DNA of 53,356 nt, taken from the IMG/VR virus record IMGVR_UViG_3300036861_000789, positions 1 through 53,356 of that record; one strand, written 5' to 3'. The position numbers and the translations under genes are program-made. This document shows positions 1-9,058 of this stretch, piece by piece. The notes under the pieces are model-generated. The model ran no database searches, was not told the origin of the DNA, and saw nothing but the letters and a program-made list of their open reading frames with translations. Source of the stretch: a virus (taxonomy: Duplodnaviria > Caudoviricetes). Within the stretch, counting starts at the first letter, position 1. Each line of letters begins with the position of its first letter.

Positions 1-160
1 CGGAACCACAGATGGAACCCTTGAACACCCCGGGGAACCTGTCGCTCATCCGAACCACACCATCGCCTGTGACTGGGCCGTCAGGCAGGGCTAGCCCGAT
101 TCGGGTGCGAACGGTACGATCACGAAGTTCCAGCACGCCTGATATCTGCCGAGGAGTCAT

Positions 161-1249
161 ATGAACAAGCTGAACCAAAACCTGATCAACCACGTCGCCC
201 TCGTCCTGGACGGCTCAGGATCCATGCGAGGTCGGGAGCGTGACCTGATCGCTGTCGTCGACGGGCAGATTGCCTGGCTGGCGAAGCGTTCCCAAGAGTT
301 GGACCAGGAAACCCGGGTCACCGTCTACGTCTTCGACAGCCAGGTGGAATGCGTCATCTTCGACAAGGATGTGCTGCGCCTGCCATCGATCGAGAAGCTG
401 TACTGGGTACGCGGGCAGACAGCCCTACGTGATGCGACGATCAAGTCGCAGGAAGATCTGGCGCAGACCTGCCAACTGTATGGCGACCACGCGTTCCTGA
501 CCTTCGTCCTCACCGACGGGCAGGAGAACGCTTCCCGGTCGTCGATCTTTCAGCTTCAGAACCTGCTGGCAGGTCAGCCGGAGAACTGGACTGTTGCGGT
601 GCTGGTGCCTAACGTGCGCGGCAAGCTCGATGCCGCTGCTTTCGGGTTCCCAACGGGCAACATTGAAATCTGGGATACCAACTCGGCAACAGGTGTAGCG
701 GAGGCTGGGGAGAAGGTCGCCGTGGCCATGAACACCTACATGGTCAACCGCACCATGGGCAACCGAGGATCGAAGACCCTGTTCGCTGGCTCTGCCCAGC
801 AAGTCAATGCTCAAACTGTGGCAGCCGCTGGCTTGAGCGCATTGGATCCGGACAAGTTCTTCCTGTTCCCAGCTGTCTCCGACGGCACCATCCCGGTCGT
901 CATGTCGGGTCGTAAGACGAAGAAGAACCCTGACGGCATGGCCTGCGTGGAGATCTCAGCCATGGTCCGTTCCACGGGACGGCCATATGAGCTGGGTAAG
1001 GCCTACTACGAGCTGGTGAAGTCGGAGAAGATCAGCGGCAACAAGGGTGTGGCCGTGGTCGAGCGGGCAACGTCGAAGGTATATGTCGGCAAGGCTGCCC
1101 GTCAGCTCATCGGCTTGGGTGACCATGACGCTCGGGTCCGTCCGATGCCGAAGGATTCTTCAGGCCATCCGCCGTTCAAGATCTTCGTCCAGTCCCAGTC
1201 GACGAACCGGCATCTGCCGCTGGGCACCCAAGTTCTGTACCTGAAGTAG
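161..1249 (+). CDS. von Willebrand factor A (vWA) domain protein
   Basis: MIDAS-type motif VLDGSGSM, GQT and VLTDGQEN; RBS GAGGAG upstream. Confidence 0.85.
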   Translation: MNKLNQNLINHVALVLDGSGSMRGRERDLIAVVDGQIAWLAKRSQELDQETRVTVYVFDSQVECVIFDKDVLRLPSIEKLYWVRGQTALRDATIKSQEDLAQTCQLYGDHAFLTFVLTDGQENASRSSIFQLQNLLAGQPENWTVAVLVPNVRGKLDAAAFGFPTGNIEIWDTNSATGVAEAGEKVAVAMNTYMVNRTMGNRGSKTLFAGSAQQVNAQTVAAAGLSALDPDKFFLFPAVSDGTIPVVMSGRKTKKNPDGMACVEISAMVRSTGRPYELGKAYYELVKSEKISGNKGVAVVERATSKVYVGKAARQLIGLGDHDARVRPMPKDSSGHPPFKIFVQSQSTNRHLPLGTQVLYLK

Positions 1250-1262
1250 GAAAGGATTCGGC

Positions 1263-1712
1263 ATGGATTCACAAGGCATTCTCACCGAAACCGAACGGGC
1301 TCACGAGGCTGTGGCATTCGGAGTCAGGTGGCTTGATGAGAAGTACCCGGGTTGGTGGGATTGGATCGACCTGGAGCGCCTGGACATGTGGTCATCATCT
1401 TGCTGTGTCGCTGCCCAGATTGAACACAAGCTGAGCACCGCGACCGATGGGTACATTTGCGATCCCCAGCAATTCTATGTGAGGTTCGTCGAAGACCGCC
1501 ATTCCATGCCTTTCGGGGATCGAAAGATTCTGGGGTTCGTCGGGGAATATCAATATCTTCAGGATGCTTGGAAGTCGATCATCCTGGTCAGGCAGCTGTG
1601 GTTCCAGGGGCAGGTGGACATAGTCCCGAATGATCTGAGCACCGGGGCCGCCACGATACAGCCAATCCACAAGCCCTCACGTGCACGCTGGTGGCCTTGG
1701 AGGTGGAACTGA
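1263..1712 (+). CDS. hypothetical protein, paralog of the next gene
   Basis: RBS AAAGGA; shares WLD...GWWDW.DL..LDM....CV..QIE motif with 1712-2119. Confidence 0.75.
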   Translation: MDSQGILTETERAHEAVAFGVRWLDEKYPGWWDWIDLERLDMWSSSCCVAAQIEHKLSTATDGYICDPQQFYVRFVEDRHSMPFGDRKILGFVGEYQYLQDAWKSIILVRQLWFQGQVDIVPNDLSTGAATIQPIHKPSRARWWPWRWN

Positions 1713-2119
1713 TGGTAGGGATAGAGCCGATAGACTCAGCGCAGCATCCCAGGGTCGCTGCGGGAGCCCAATGGTTGGACCGTGAACACTACGGCTGGTG
1801 GGACTGGGTTGATCTGCGCACGCTGGACATGATTCATGGAAACCTTTGTGTCGTCGGGCAGATTGAGCAGCACCTGTCCGGCAGCCACTATGGCCTGTCC
1901 GGCAGCGGCTTCGGCACGTTCATGAGCCGCTATGGCTTCGTCGACATACACGGCTTGGGCTTCGTTTGCCGGGAAGGTGAACAGTATGCCATCAGGGATA
2001 TGTGGCGTTGGGAGATCCTGGCCCGGCGAAAGAATCCACCCAAGCGGCCTCGACTGTGGTGGCTCACCAGGTTCACCCACAAGTTCACCAAACGTGATCG
2101 AGATGCGGAGATCTGGTAA
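1712..2119 (+). CDS. hypothetical protein, paralog of the previous gene
   Basis: TGATG coupling with upstream gene, RBS GGAGGTG; shared motif. Confidence 0.75.
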   Translation: MVGIEPIDSAQHPRVAAGAQWLDREHYGWWDWVDLRTLDMIHGNLCVVGQIEQHLSGSHYGLSGSGFGTFMSRYGFVDIHGLGFVCREGEQYAIRDMWRWEILARRKNPPKRPRLWWLTRFTHKFTKRDRDAEIW

Positions 2120-2340
2120 TGGCCATTCCAGGGCAGCGTAAACCAGGCGGTTTCGGCGGTGGTGGCATGTCGGGTCACCGAAGTTCCCGCTACAGCTCCA
2201 TCAGTCGGGGCGGCAGTCCAAGTAAGGGTGGCGGAGGTGGCGGCAAGAAAGGTGGAGGCAACTGTGCCGTCTGGGCTGTCGGCTTCATCCTCACCGCCTC
2301 AACTGCAATGACCGCTGGCTATCAGCTGATTGTGGGCTGA
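2119..2340 (+). CDS. Gly-rich small membrane protein
   Basis: TAATG coupling; Gly/Lys-rich N-terminus, hydrophobic C-terminus. Confidence 0.6.
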   Translation: MAIPGQRKPGGFGGGGMSGHRSSRYSSISRGGSPSKGGGGGGKKGGGNCAVWAVGFILTASTAMTAGYQLIVG

Positions 2341-2527
2341 CGTGGACTGGGAGATTGCAGTCGGGGCTTTGGTGGGCATAGTGTGGATGGCCACAATCGT
2401 CCTTCTTGGATCGCAAGCTGTTGAGACATTTATGGATGACAGGCGGGAATTGACTGTCATCTTCGCTGTCCTCACTTGCGGGCTCATTGTGTTCGGCATG
2501 GGTGTCATGGTGGGACAGATCCGATGA
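2330..2527 (+). CDS. small membrane protein (2 TM)
   Basis: Two hydrophobic stretches; overlaps neighbours. Confidence 0.55.
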   Translation: MWADVDWEIAVGALVGIVWMATIVLLGSQAVETFMDDRRELTVIFAVLTCGLIVFGMGVMVGQIR

Positions 2528-2706
2528 GTTGGACTTCTATCCCCATTATCGCCGGGTTCTTGGGCTGGATCGCTTGCATGGCCAGCCTTGCAGCCTTCGG
2601 GGCTGTGCTACTGGTCTCCAATCAGCGAGGCTGGGGCATCGTCGCCATTCTGGCTGCCATTTCTCTGCTTCTACTGGGCCTGTCTGCGATAGAGAGATTC
2701 GCATGA
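2524..2706 (+). CDS. small membrane protein (2 TM)
   Basis: ATGA coupling; MSWTSIPIIAGFLGW... hydrophobic. Confidence 0.6.
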   Translation: MSWTSIPIIAGFLGWIACMASLAAFGAVLLVSNQRGWGIVAILAAISLLLLGLSAIERFA

Positions 2707-2888
2707 AACGTGAACGCCTGAACTTCATCTACATCGCAGCCCTGCTCACATCCCTGACCTCCTACCACGGCTCTGCCGCCATCGCCAGCATTATCAAACA
2801 CGCCCCGAGCTGGGGCAGCATCTTCTGCACGGCGATCCTGCTACCAGCCATCTATCTACACTGGAGGGATAGACCCCATGACCTCTGA
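2703..2888 (+). CDS. small membrane protein
   Basis: ATGA coupling; MKRERLNFIYIAALL... Confidence 0.55.
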   Translation: MKRERLNFIYIAALLTSLTSYHGSAAIASIIKHAPSWGSIFCTAILLPAIYLHWRDRPHDL

Positions 2889-2918
2889 TCCCCTCCCTTC
2901 CAGGATGAGCGGTGGAGC

Positions 2919-3329
2919 ATGAGAATTGCGATCACCGGGAGTCGAGATTGGACTGATCGGATCAGGTTGGTCGCTGCTCTCAACTACACCAGAATGAAAT
3001 GTGCCGAACGGTATGAATCCTTTGAGGTTGCCTTCGGTGATTGCCCAACAGGTACGGACGACATCACCTGGGATTACTGCAAGCACTGGGGTTTGCACTA
3101 CCAGCGGTTCGAAATCCCCCGTCACTCCGACGGGAGCTGGATCGGCGGCAAGGAGCAAGGCCCTCTGCGCAACCGCAGAATGATCAACCAGTTTCAGCCC
3201 AACTACCTCATCGCCTGCCTACTCGACGTCCACCTGAACAAGTCCCGGGGGACCCGCGATTGTGTCGCCTATGCTAAAAGCCTGGAAATACCCGTGTGGG
3301 AACTGAAGGAACCGAAGGAGTCGTGGTGA
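2919..3329 (+). CDS. SLOG family protein (DUF2493/YspA-related)
   Basis: RIAITGSRDW, GDCPTGTD, GPLRNRRMI and SRGTRDCV motifs. Confidence 0.8.
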   Translation: MRIAITGSRDWTDRIRLVAALNYTRMKCAERYESFEVAFGDCPTGTDDITWDYCKHWGLHYQRFEIPRHSDGSWIGGKEQGPLRNRRMINQFQPNYLIACLLDVHLNKSRGTRDCVAYAKSLEIPVWELKEPKESW

Positions 3330-3580
3330 CACCCAACGAACAATCACAAGCCCTGATGCTGCAACTCAACCAGATCCGAAAGGACAAAGGGCTGGGGCAG
3401 AATGATCTGGCTGACGCGACACGACGATCCCAGTCGCAGGTTTCCTCATGGCTGATGGGCAGATCATCCCCGATCCTGTTCAACGCCATAGCTTTGGCGG
3501 CGGCCTGCGGTAAGAAGCTGGTGCTGATCGACGACCCGGGGTATCAGTATCGTGACGAAGGAGGAATCAGTGAACGATAA
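3326..3580 (+). CDS. XRE-family HTH DNA-binding protein
   Basis: IRKDKGLGQNDLADATRRSQSQVSSWLMG; RBS AAGGAG, GTGA coupling. Confidence 0.8.
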   Translation: MTPNEQSQALMLQLNQIRKDKGLGQNDLADATRRSQSQVSSWLMGRSSPILFNAIALAAACGKKLVLIDDPGYQYRDEGGISER

Positions 3581-3755
3581 CAAGTCGGTGTGGATGGTGG
3601 TGCCATGCGAGGCAGGCCACTGCATCCGGTATCTGAGGTTGCCCAGTGGCCAGATTGCCTTGGGCACCACCGGTGACAATCAGACGATTGTTGTCAATCA
3701 GGATGAGTGGGATGCGTTCAAGGAAGCCATCATCAGTGGCTCTATTGCCGTTTAG
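3570..3755 (+). CDS. divergent DUF397-like small protein
   Basis: W...C..GHC...IALG......IVVNQDEWDAFKEAI resembles the DUF397 pattern; follows an XRE gene; RBS AAGGAGG. Confidence 0.45.
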   Translation: MNDNKSVWMVVPCEAGHCIRYLRLPSGQIALGTTGDNQTIVVNQDEWDAFKEAIISGSIAV

Positions 3756-4023
3756 CCCACCGCAGCCGTGGACCGAGTTGTCTGCGTGTTCCAGTGTGGA
3801 TCCGGAGGTCTGGTATCCGGAGAAGGGCGGGAGTACGCGGGATGCCAAGAGGATCTGCCGACGCTGTCCTGTACAGGCACAGTGTTTCGACTGGGCCATG
3901 GAGTTCGATGATCGTTTCGGCGTGTGGGGTGGCTTCTCCGATCGGCAGCGTAAGAAGCTCAAACTTCTGGGAGTTCAGCGTTGGCAGGATATTGACAGAG
4001 GAATCCTTACCCGGTTAGGGTGA
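3736..4023 (+). CDS. whiB: WhiB family Fe-S transcription factor (start uncertain)
   Basis: SAC..VDPEVWYPEKGGSTRDAKRICRRCPVQAQC...DRFGVWGG: four Cys plus GVWGG. Confidence 0.93.
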   Translation: MALLPFSPPQPWTELSACSSVDPEVWYPEKGGSTRDAKRICRRCPVQAQCFDWAMEFDDRFGVWGGFSDRQRKKLKLLGVQRWQDIDRGILTRLG

Positions 4024-4111
4024 GGGGTAAGCCCCCGGGCCTGCACTAGAGCCGAGATCTCGGTGCAGGTCAGGGGGGAGCCAGAACCCCTTCAGCCCTC
4101 AGGAGTCACCC

Positions 4112-4468
4112 GTGGATCGCAAAGGACTGCTCTACCAGCTCAACCCCACCCAGCGCGCCAAAGCCGCTGTTGACATCCGCGCCGCAGCTGATCTGGTCGA
4201 AAAGACCGGCTGGACTCAGGAAACGTACGCCGATGAACGAGGGCGCATCTGCCTTATCGAGGCGATAGTTCGGGCCACGGGCGGGGGGCCGCAAGGCGAG
4301 ACAGGGTTTGATGACCGCTACACCCTGGCCCTGATTGCCTTCGGCAAGTACACCGGCATGCTGGCCGTAGTCTGGAACGACATCGTGGCCACAGATCAGG
4401 CTTATGTCCTGACCACGATGCGCCAGTGCGCTGACTGGCTTGACGAGCTGGCTTTGGTGAGCGCATGA
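4112..4468 (+). CDS. hypothetical phage protein
   Basis: RBS AGGAG; AADLVEKTGWTQ...CLIEAI...WND pattern. Confidence 0.7.
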   Translation: MDRKGLLYQLNPTQRAKAAVDIRAAADLVEKTGWTQETYADERGRICLIEAIVRATGGGPQGETGFDDRYTLALIAFGKYTGMLAVVWNDIVATDQAYVLTTMRQCADWLDELALVSA

Positions 4469-5106
4469 GCGACATCGAGATCTACAACAAGATCCTCAGG
4501 CAGGTCAGCGATCGCATCACTGAAACTCTAGTCGAGTTCCAGGCGGAGCTGGAGATCCAGCGCCTTGAACGTGATCGGGCCATCAGGCAGGCTGACATTA
4601 ACCAGCGCAAGTATCAGTCGGTCAACGAAGATCTTCAGCAGCTGCGAGCCGCCTACGATCGTCAGGTAAACAGCGTCAACGTTCTGTTCACTGAGCTGAA
4701 TGGTACACGCTTGCTGATGACTGGATTGCGGGCCGAGCTGGCGCAGGCCAATGCTTGCTTGGTGGAGCTGGAACCGCTGAGCACTCGGACTGAAAACGAT
4801 CAGCTTCGGGCACGGATGCTTGAGCTGGAAGCTGAGCTGCAACGGATGCGCAATATCGACAGGGCCGTAATGGAAGCCAATGAGCTGCGTCGGTATCCCC
4901 ACTACACCAGCACCTACTGCATCCACGGGCTGCACGATCAGTGTCGCAGGACATGCAAAACCTGCGGGTCTGCCTGCCGGTGCTCAGTCGGAGATTGTCT
5001 CTGCAACTCCCCGGTCGAGTGGGTGGAGTTGAACGAGGCGGGTCAGACTTATGTCGACGAGCACCCCGAGGTTCCCATCCCACCTGAAGCCGAACCCATC
5101 CCATGA
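4465..5106 (+). CDS. coiled-coil protein with Cys/His-rich C-terminal motif
   Basis: Heptad-rich N-terminus; HYTSTYCIHGLHDQCRRTCKTCGSACRC; ATGA coupling. Confidence 0.7.
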   Translation: MSDIEIYNKILRQVSDRITETLVEFQAELEIQRLERDRAIRQADINQRKYQSVNEDLQQLRAAYDRQVNSVNVLFTELNGTRLLMTGLRAELAQANACLVELEPLSTRTENDQLRARMLELEAELQRMRNIDRAVMEANELRRYPHYTSTYCIHGLHDQCRRTCKTCGSACRCSVGDCLCNSPVEWVELNEAGQTYVDEHPEVPIPPEAEPIP

Positions 5107-5459
5107 GCACCAGCGATCCTCAGCTCGTCGGCCCGTATGAGCAGCTGCATCGCAAGCTGAGTTCACTGGAGATACGATTCGTACGGAATTTGACGAAAAA
5201 CCCTTGGCGCGCTGAGGATCTGGTTTTCGAACCTTGGGATGAGCTGCACGGCCCTGAGTACGATGTGGAGTTTCAGCCTTACATTCCACTGGAAACCATG
5301 CTGGGCATGTTGCAGGCCCGCAATGCTCACTTGTTCGAGTCGACACAGATGCTAGAGGTGATCAAAGATGGCAACACGGGCAGAGATCAAAGCCAGCATT
5401 GCATTCCTGTTCCGGGAGTACAACGAAGCCATTCGCCAGGGCCGGGAGCTGGAGAATGA
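5103..5459 (+). CDS. hypothetical protein
   Basis: ATGA coupling; 3' end overlaps next gene. Confidence 0.5.
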   Translation: MSTSDPQLVGPYEQLHRKLSSLEIRFVRNLTKNPWRAEDLVFEPWDELHGPEYDVEFQPYIPLETMLGMLQARNAHLFESTQMLEVIKDGNTGRDQSQHCIPVPGVQRSHSPGPGAGE

Positions 5460-5769
5460 GGCAGCTCGGGTGCGCATGGAAGCCTATGCGGCTCGCGATG
5501 ATGTCAGGCGGATGAAGTCGGAGAATCGGGAGCGCCGAGGCCATTCAGGCAACCCAACGGCAGGGCAGGCCAACGATGATGTCCGCTTTGCCTCCTTCGC
5601 GGTGGCTAAGGAGGGTATCGGGGACAACAAGTGGTTTCTTGGGCATTCGGCCATCGCCGCTGAGGCTACGATGAAGTACGCAAAGGCGACAGCCATCATG
5701 GGGGCACTGCAATACGAGATGGCGAAACTGAACATCATGGCAATCGGCGGCACCAGCGTCAAAGTTTGA
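5368..5769 (+). CDS. hypothetical protein
   Basis: RBS GAGGTG; helical composition. Confidence 0.65.
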   Translation: MATRAEIKASIAFLFREYNEAIRQGRELENEAARVRMEAYAARDDVRRMKSENRERRGHSGNPTAGQANDDVRFASFAVAKEGIGDNKWFLGHSAIAAEATMKYAKATAIMGALQYEMAKLNIMAIGGTSVKV

Positions 5770-5778
5770 CAGCTCAAC

Positions 5779-5849
5779 GATCCTATGGCCGAGAGGACAG
5801 GCGGCAGCCTGCAAAGCTGCTCACGGCGGTTCGAATCCGCCTAGGGTCT
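5779..5849 (+). tRNA. tRNA-Cys(GCA)
   Basis: GATCCTA/TAGGGTC acceptor, GCAGC-CTGCAAA-GCTGC, GGTTCGAATCC, U73. Confidence 0.9.
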
Positions 5850-5875
5850 CTACATCAAGGGAAAGGTAGGAGTCA

Positions 5876-6049
5876 ATGTTCGGGTTCGTCGCGAATCTTG
5901 CCATCGCCAGCATCGTTCTCGCCAGCGCTCTACTCATAGGGAACTGGCGCACATTCAGGCCGAAGATCGAATATGGGGCTAGGCACCGTCTCGACGTACG
6001 CGCTCCGCGCCAGCTAGGTTTCAAGGCATCACACCGGTTTGCTGGCTGA
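5876..6049 (+). CDS. small membrane protein (57 aa)
   Basis: RBS AGGAG; MFGFVANLAIASIVLASALLIG...; below ORF-track cutoff. Confidence 0.6.
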   Translation: MFGFVANLAIASIVLASALLIGNWRTFRPKIEYGARHRLDVRAPRQLGFKASHRFAG

Positions 6050-6343
6050 ATGGAAACCGTAGTCACCATCGCTCTGGTCCTGGCCGCTTTCAACCTGATA
6101 GCCACCGGGGCCTTGATAATGTTCTGTTTTGAGGTTCTGCTCCCCCGCGACGACCGGTATACTGAACTGGCCAAAAGGGTGGACGAACAGGACAAGCTTC
6201 TAGATCTTTGCGGCGAAGCGAACAAGCAGCTGTTCCGCTACGTCGAGAGGCTGGACGATGTCACTGGCGGTTCCGGACATCACGTGCTCATACCCAGCCT
6301 GCGAAGCGCTTCGCCTCGCGGGTTCAACGATGCAAGCCACTGA
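6050..6343 (+). CDS. membrane protein
   Basis: N-terminal TM then helical region; abuts previous stop. Confidence 0.6.
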   Translation: METVVTIALVLAAFNLIATGALIMFCFEVLLPRDDRYTELAKRVDEQDKLLDLCGEANKQLFRYVERLDDVTGGSGHHVLIPSLRSASPRGFNDASH

Positions 6344-6511
6344 GAACTCGGCGAGGGCAGCTGGTTGGCACACATGGGCTGGTATGACCTTAGGTGGCCA
6401 CGTGGGCAGCATCGCCTTATGTCCAGATCACGCCCGTGGCCGACGCATCCCCGCCGTAAAGCCAGAACCCTACGATGAGCCACTGTGGTGAGCATTTAAC
6501 AAAAGGAGTCG

Positions 6512-6874
6512 ATGATGGCAATCAAGGTTGACAACCGTGAAAGCGTAAAGCTCGACCGCATCGCTGCGAAGTATGCGCAGCTCAAGCAGGCTCGCCAAGA
6601 CATCGCCGAGATGAAAGCCTTCGCCGACAAGCTGGAAGCTGAAATCCAACGTGCGATGAAAGATGCTGAGGTCGGTCTGATCAACGGGGCGAAAGTGATC
6701 TACTGGTCTCCGGCTGACGACTACGCCTGGGCTCAGTTCCGTGACGCCAACCCGGACATCTACCAGCAGTTCCTCATCCCCACCACCACTGAAGTTCTGG
6801 ACAAGGAGGCGCTGAAATCGGCTCACCCGGGCCTGCTCAAGCCGTTCCAGAAGCGTCCGTTCAAGGTCCTGTGA
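6512..6874 (+). CDS. hypothetical phage protein (coiled-coil N-terminus)
   Basis: Strong RBS AAAGGAG, high GC3 codon usage. Confidence 0.75.
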   Translation: MMAIKVDNRESVKLDRIAAKYAQLKQARQDIAEMKAFADKLEAEIQRAMKDAEVGLINGAKVIYWSPADDYAWAQFRDANPDIYQQFLIPTTTEVLDKEALKSAHPGLLKPFQKRPFKVL

Positions 6875-7101
6875 TGGTGGACCAGAAAGGCGAGAGGTCT
6901 GAGCTGGCGGGCTGCGTGGCGAACATGCTTTTCATGCTGATCTTTACGGCCACGGCTGGCCTTGTCCTGATGTTAGGCATGGGCGCTCTCCACAGCGGTT
7001 ATCCCCAGATCCCAGCCCCAAACTTTCTGGCCGCATGGGGTGGCGTAGCAGCTGCATGGACTCTGCTGCGGCTGATCCGCGTGGCGCTGGGGAGGAAATG
7101 A
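6871..7101 (+). CDS. membrane protein (2 TM)
   Basis: GTGA coupling; hydrophobic segments. Confidence 0.6.
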   Translation: MMVDQKGERSELAGCVANMLFMLIFTATAGLVLMLGMGALHSGYPQIPAPNFLAAWGGVAAAWTLLRLIRVALGRK

Positions 7102-7422
7102 TGCTCGATGAATGTCCCCGATGTGGGTGCGAATCCCTTGAATACCATCGGATCAGAGGGGTCCGGGAAGTCGGTCCAGAGCAGCGTTGCAAATGCGATG
7201 CGCACCCAGATTGTGGTTGGGATGAGAGGCCAAACAGTGATTGAGAAGATCAGCCTTCGTAAGGTTGATGGCAGGTGGAGGCTGCGCCGTCCCGGCCGTG
7301 GTGTTGTTGACACGCACAGCTGGGATGATGCGCATCGGATCATGCTGCGGTTGGTGGATTCGGATATCAGGATCGCGAAGTCGGAGAAGCGCAAATGAGC
7401 ATCCGTTGAGCGGTAAACTGGC

Positions 7423-7644
7423 ATGATGCAGATTGAAGATCTTCTACCCGCTGTTGAAGAGCTGCAAGCTGATCATCCCATGTGGGCCACTGAGTTCGGT
7501 CAGGACATGATCAAGCGAATGGCCTTGGACCTGGTAGCTAAAGGCATGCTCCCCGAAGATGTTCCGCTGTTCCTGCAAGCCATGCTGATCAACGCCGACG
7601 ACAAGTTTCCGAGGGAGTCAGGTGCCCACCACCAGGAACCCTAA
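7423..7644 (+). CDS. hypothetical protein (start 7423 or 7426)
   Basis: TAAACT -10-like hexamer 6 nt before ATG 7426. Confidence 0.55.
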   Translation: MMQIEDLLPAVEELQADHPMWATEFGQDMIKRMALDLVAKGMLPEDVPLFLQAMLINADDKFPRESGAHHQEP

Positions 7645-7891
7645 AACGCATCCGCTGATCCAGAGACTCATCCGGCGTCGCCTGCACCTTGGTCTGAGTC
7701 AGGCCAAGGTGGCCGAGCAGGGTGATATCGCCCGAGCCACCGTCAGTTCCATGGAATCGGGTCACTCCTCGCCCAGCCTGCGCGTTTTGGACGCTTACTG
7801 TCAGGTTGTGGGGCTTCGTCCTTACCTGGCTTTGATGGAAGAGGAAGACCACCCGCGCGGCTATGTCCTGGTGATAGACGATCCAGACTAA
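7622..7891 (+). CDS. XRE-family HTH DNA-binding protein
   Basis: RRLHLGLSQAKVAEQGDIARATVSSMESGHSSPSLRVL. Confidence 0.85.
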   Translation: MPTTRNPKTHPLIQRLIRRRLHLGLSQAKVAEQGDIARATVSSMESGHSSPSLRVLDAYCQVVGLRPYLALMEEEDHPRGYVLVIDDPD

Positions 7892-7900
7892 ACTGCACAG

Positions 7901-8494
7901 ATGAATAAGCCTAAGATCAAAGGCACCACGGCTGAGACGGCTGTGGTGTCTTTTTTGCGCAAGAACGGCTGGCCTCATGCTGAGCGCCTGGCGTTGCAGG
8001 GCAAGCATGACAAAGGCGACATAACGGGATGCATAGGTCTCGTATTTGAGGTTAAGAATTATGCCGTCTCACACTGGCCCCAGTGGCTGCGGGAAGCTGA
8101 GACTGAGCGGGTCAATGCCGGAGCCGACTTCGGCATAGTCGTTGCCAAGCCCCCAGGCGTCGGTGTGACCCGAGTGGGCGACTGGTGGGCTGGGATGTAC
8201 CTTGGCTGCGAAGAGGCTTACATGTGCGGCTCAATGGGCTTTGATTACCTCTGGGTTCGCGCTGGTCTGGATCGCAGCGAGCTGCACCGGGCGAAGCTGC
8301 TCGGCCATCAGGTCAATCTGGGTCTGCCCATGGCAATGAGGCAGCTGAAGACCTTCCAAGGCCAGGCCAGGTTCGGCGTGGTAGAGATTTCCCCTAAAGG
8401 GGTCAAAGATCGGACATTGTGGTATAACGTAACTACATTAGATCAAATGACCCGGCTGCTGCGCCTCGCTGGGTTTGGCAGCCCGGAGGTCTGA
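7901..8494 (+). CDS. Holliday junction resolvase-like PD-(D/E)xK nuclease
   Basis: KIKGTTAETAVVSFL..GWPHAER..LQGKHDKGDI...VFEVKN. Confidence 0.75.
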   Translation: MNKPKIKGTTAETAVVSFLRKNGWPHAERLALQGKHDKGDITGCIGLVFEVKNYAVSHWPQWLREAETERVNAGADFGIVVAKPPGVGVTRVGDWWAGMYLGCEEAYMCGSMGFDYLWVRAGLDRSELHRAKLLGHQVNLGLPMAMRQLKTFQGQARFGVVEISPKGVKDRTLWYNVTTLDQMTRLLRLAGFGSPEV

Positions 8495-8495
8495 C

Positions 8496-8720
8496 ATGGC
8501 TGAGCACCCGCTGATGACGGCTCGTGAAGTTGCCGAACTCTTCCGAGTGGATGTCAAGACGGTGTACAGCTGGGTCAAGAACGGCAAGCTTGGCAATGTG
8601 GCCACCCCGACTGGCGGTGTGCGCATCCGAGCCGACGAGGTCAGAGTTTTGTTTGAACAGGAAGCTGACCCCCAGGATCCCGATCTGGGCAAGTCTTCGC
8701 AGGTCAAGTATCATCCTTGA
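8496..8720 (+). CDS. BldC-like / excisionase-family MerR-type HTH protein
   Basis: LMTAREVAELFRVDVKTVYSWVKNGKLGNVATPTGGVRIRADEV; RBS GGAGG. Confidence 0.85.
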   Translation: MAEHPLMTAREVAELFRVDVKTVYSWVKNGKLGNVATPTGGVRIRADEVRVLFEQEADPQDPDLGKSSQVKYHP

Positions 8721-8738
8721 GAAACTTCCCAATCTGGG

Positions 8739-8769
8739 TTGACAGCACATCGGGGTGATGGGGTAGAGT
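8739..8769 (+). promoter_or_regulatory. SigA/HrdB-type promoter for the tRNA array
   Basis: TTGACA-N19-TAGAGT directly upstream of the array. Confidence 0.55.
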
Positions 8770-8837
8770 CGTTCTTGTCAGTCAGGGCGATCCAAAGGTC
8801 TCCCCAGGTCTTCCCTGGAAAGCCCTGGCTGATATGA

Positions 8838-8910
8838 CGGGTAGTGGGTCCAAGGTGGGCCGCCTGGTTTGGGACCAGGACATTGGCAAGTTCGATTCTT
8901 GTCTACCCGA
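8838..8910 (+). tRNA. tRNA-Pro(TGG)
   Basis: CGGGTAG/CTACCCG; CCTGG-TTTGGGA-CCAGG; GTTCGATTC. Confidence 0.9.
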
Positions 8911-8979
8911 CGCGGAGGAGTCCTGCCCAGGGGATGGGCAGGGGTGAGCCGGGCATGCACTCCCGGGCTCCGATGCCAT

Positions 8980-9050
8980 AGCGGGTGTAGTGGAGTAGTA
9001 CCACGTCGGGCTCATAATCCGAAGGGGCCGTGCAAATCGGACACCCGCTA
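8980..9050 (+). tRNA. tRNA-Met(CAT), initiator-like, atypical
   Basis: AGCGGGTG/CACCCGCT; TCGGG-CTCATAA-TCCGA; T-loop TGCAAAT with short T stem. Confidence 0.7.
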
Positions 9051-9058
9051 CTTAGCAA

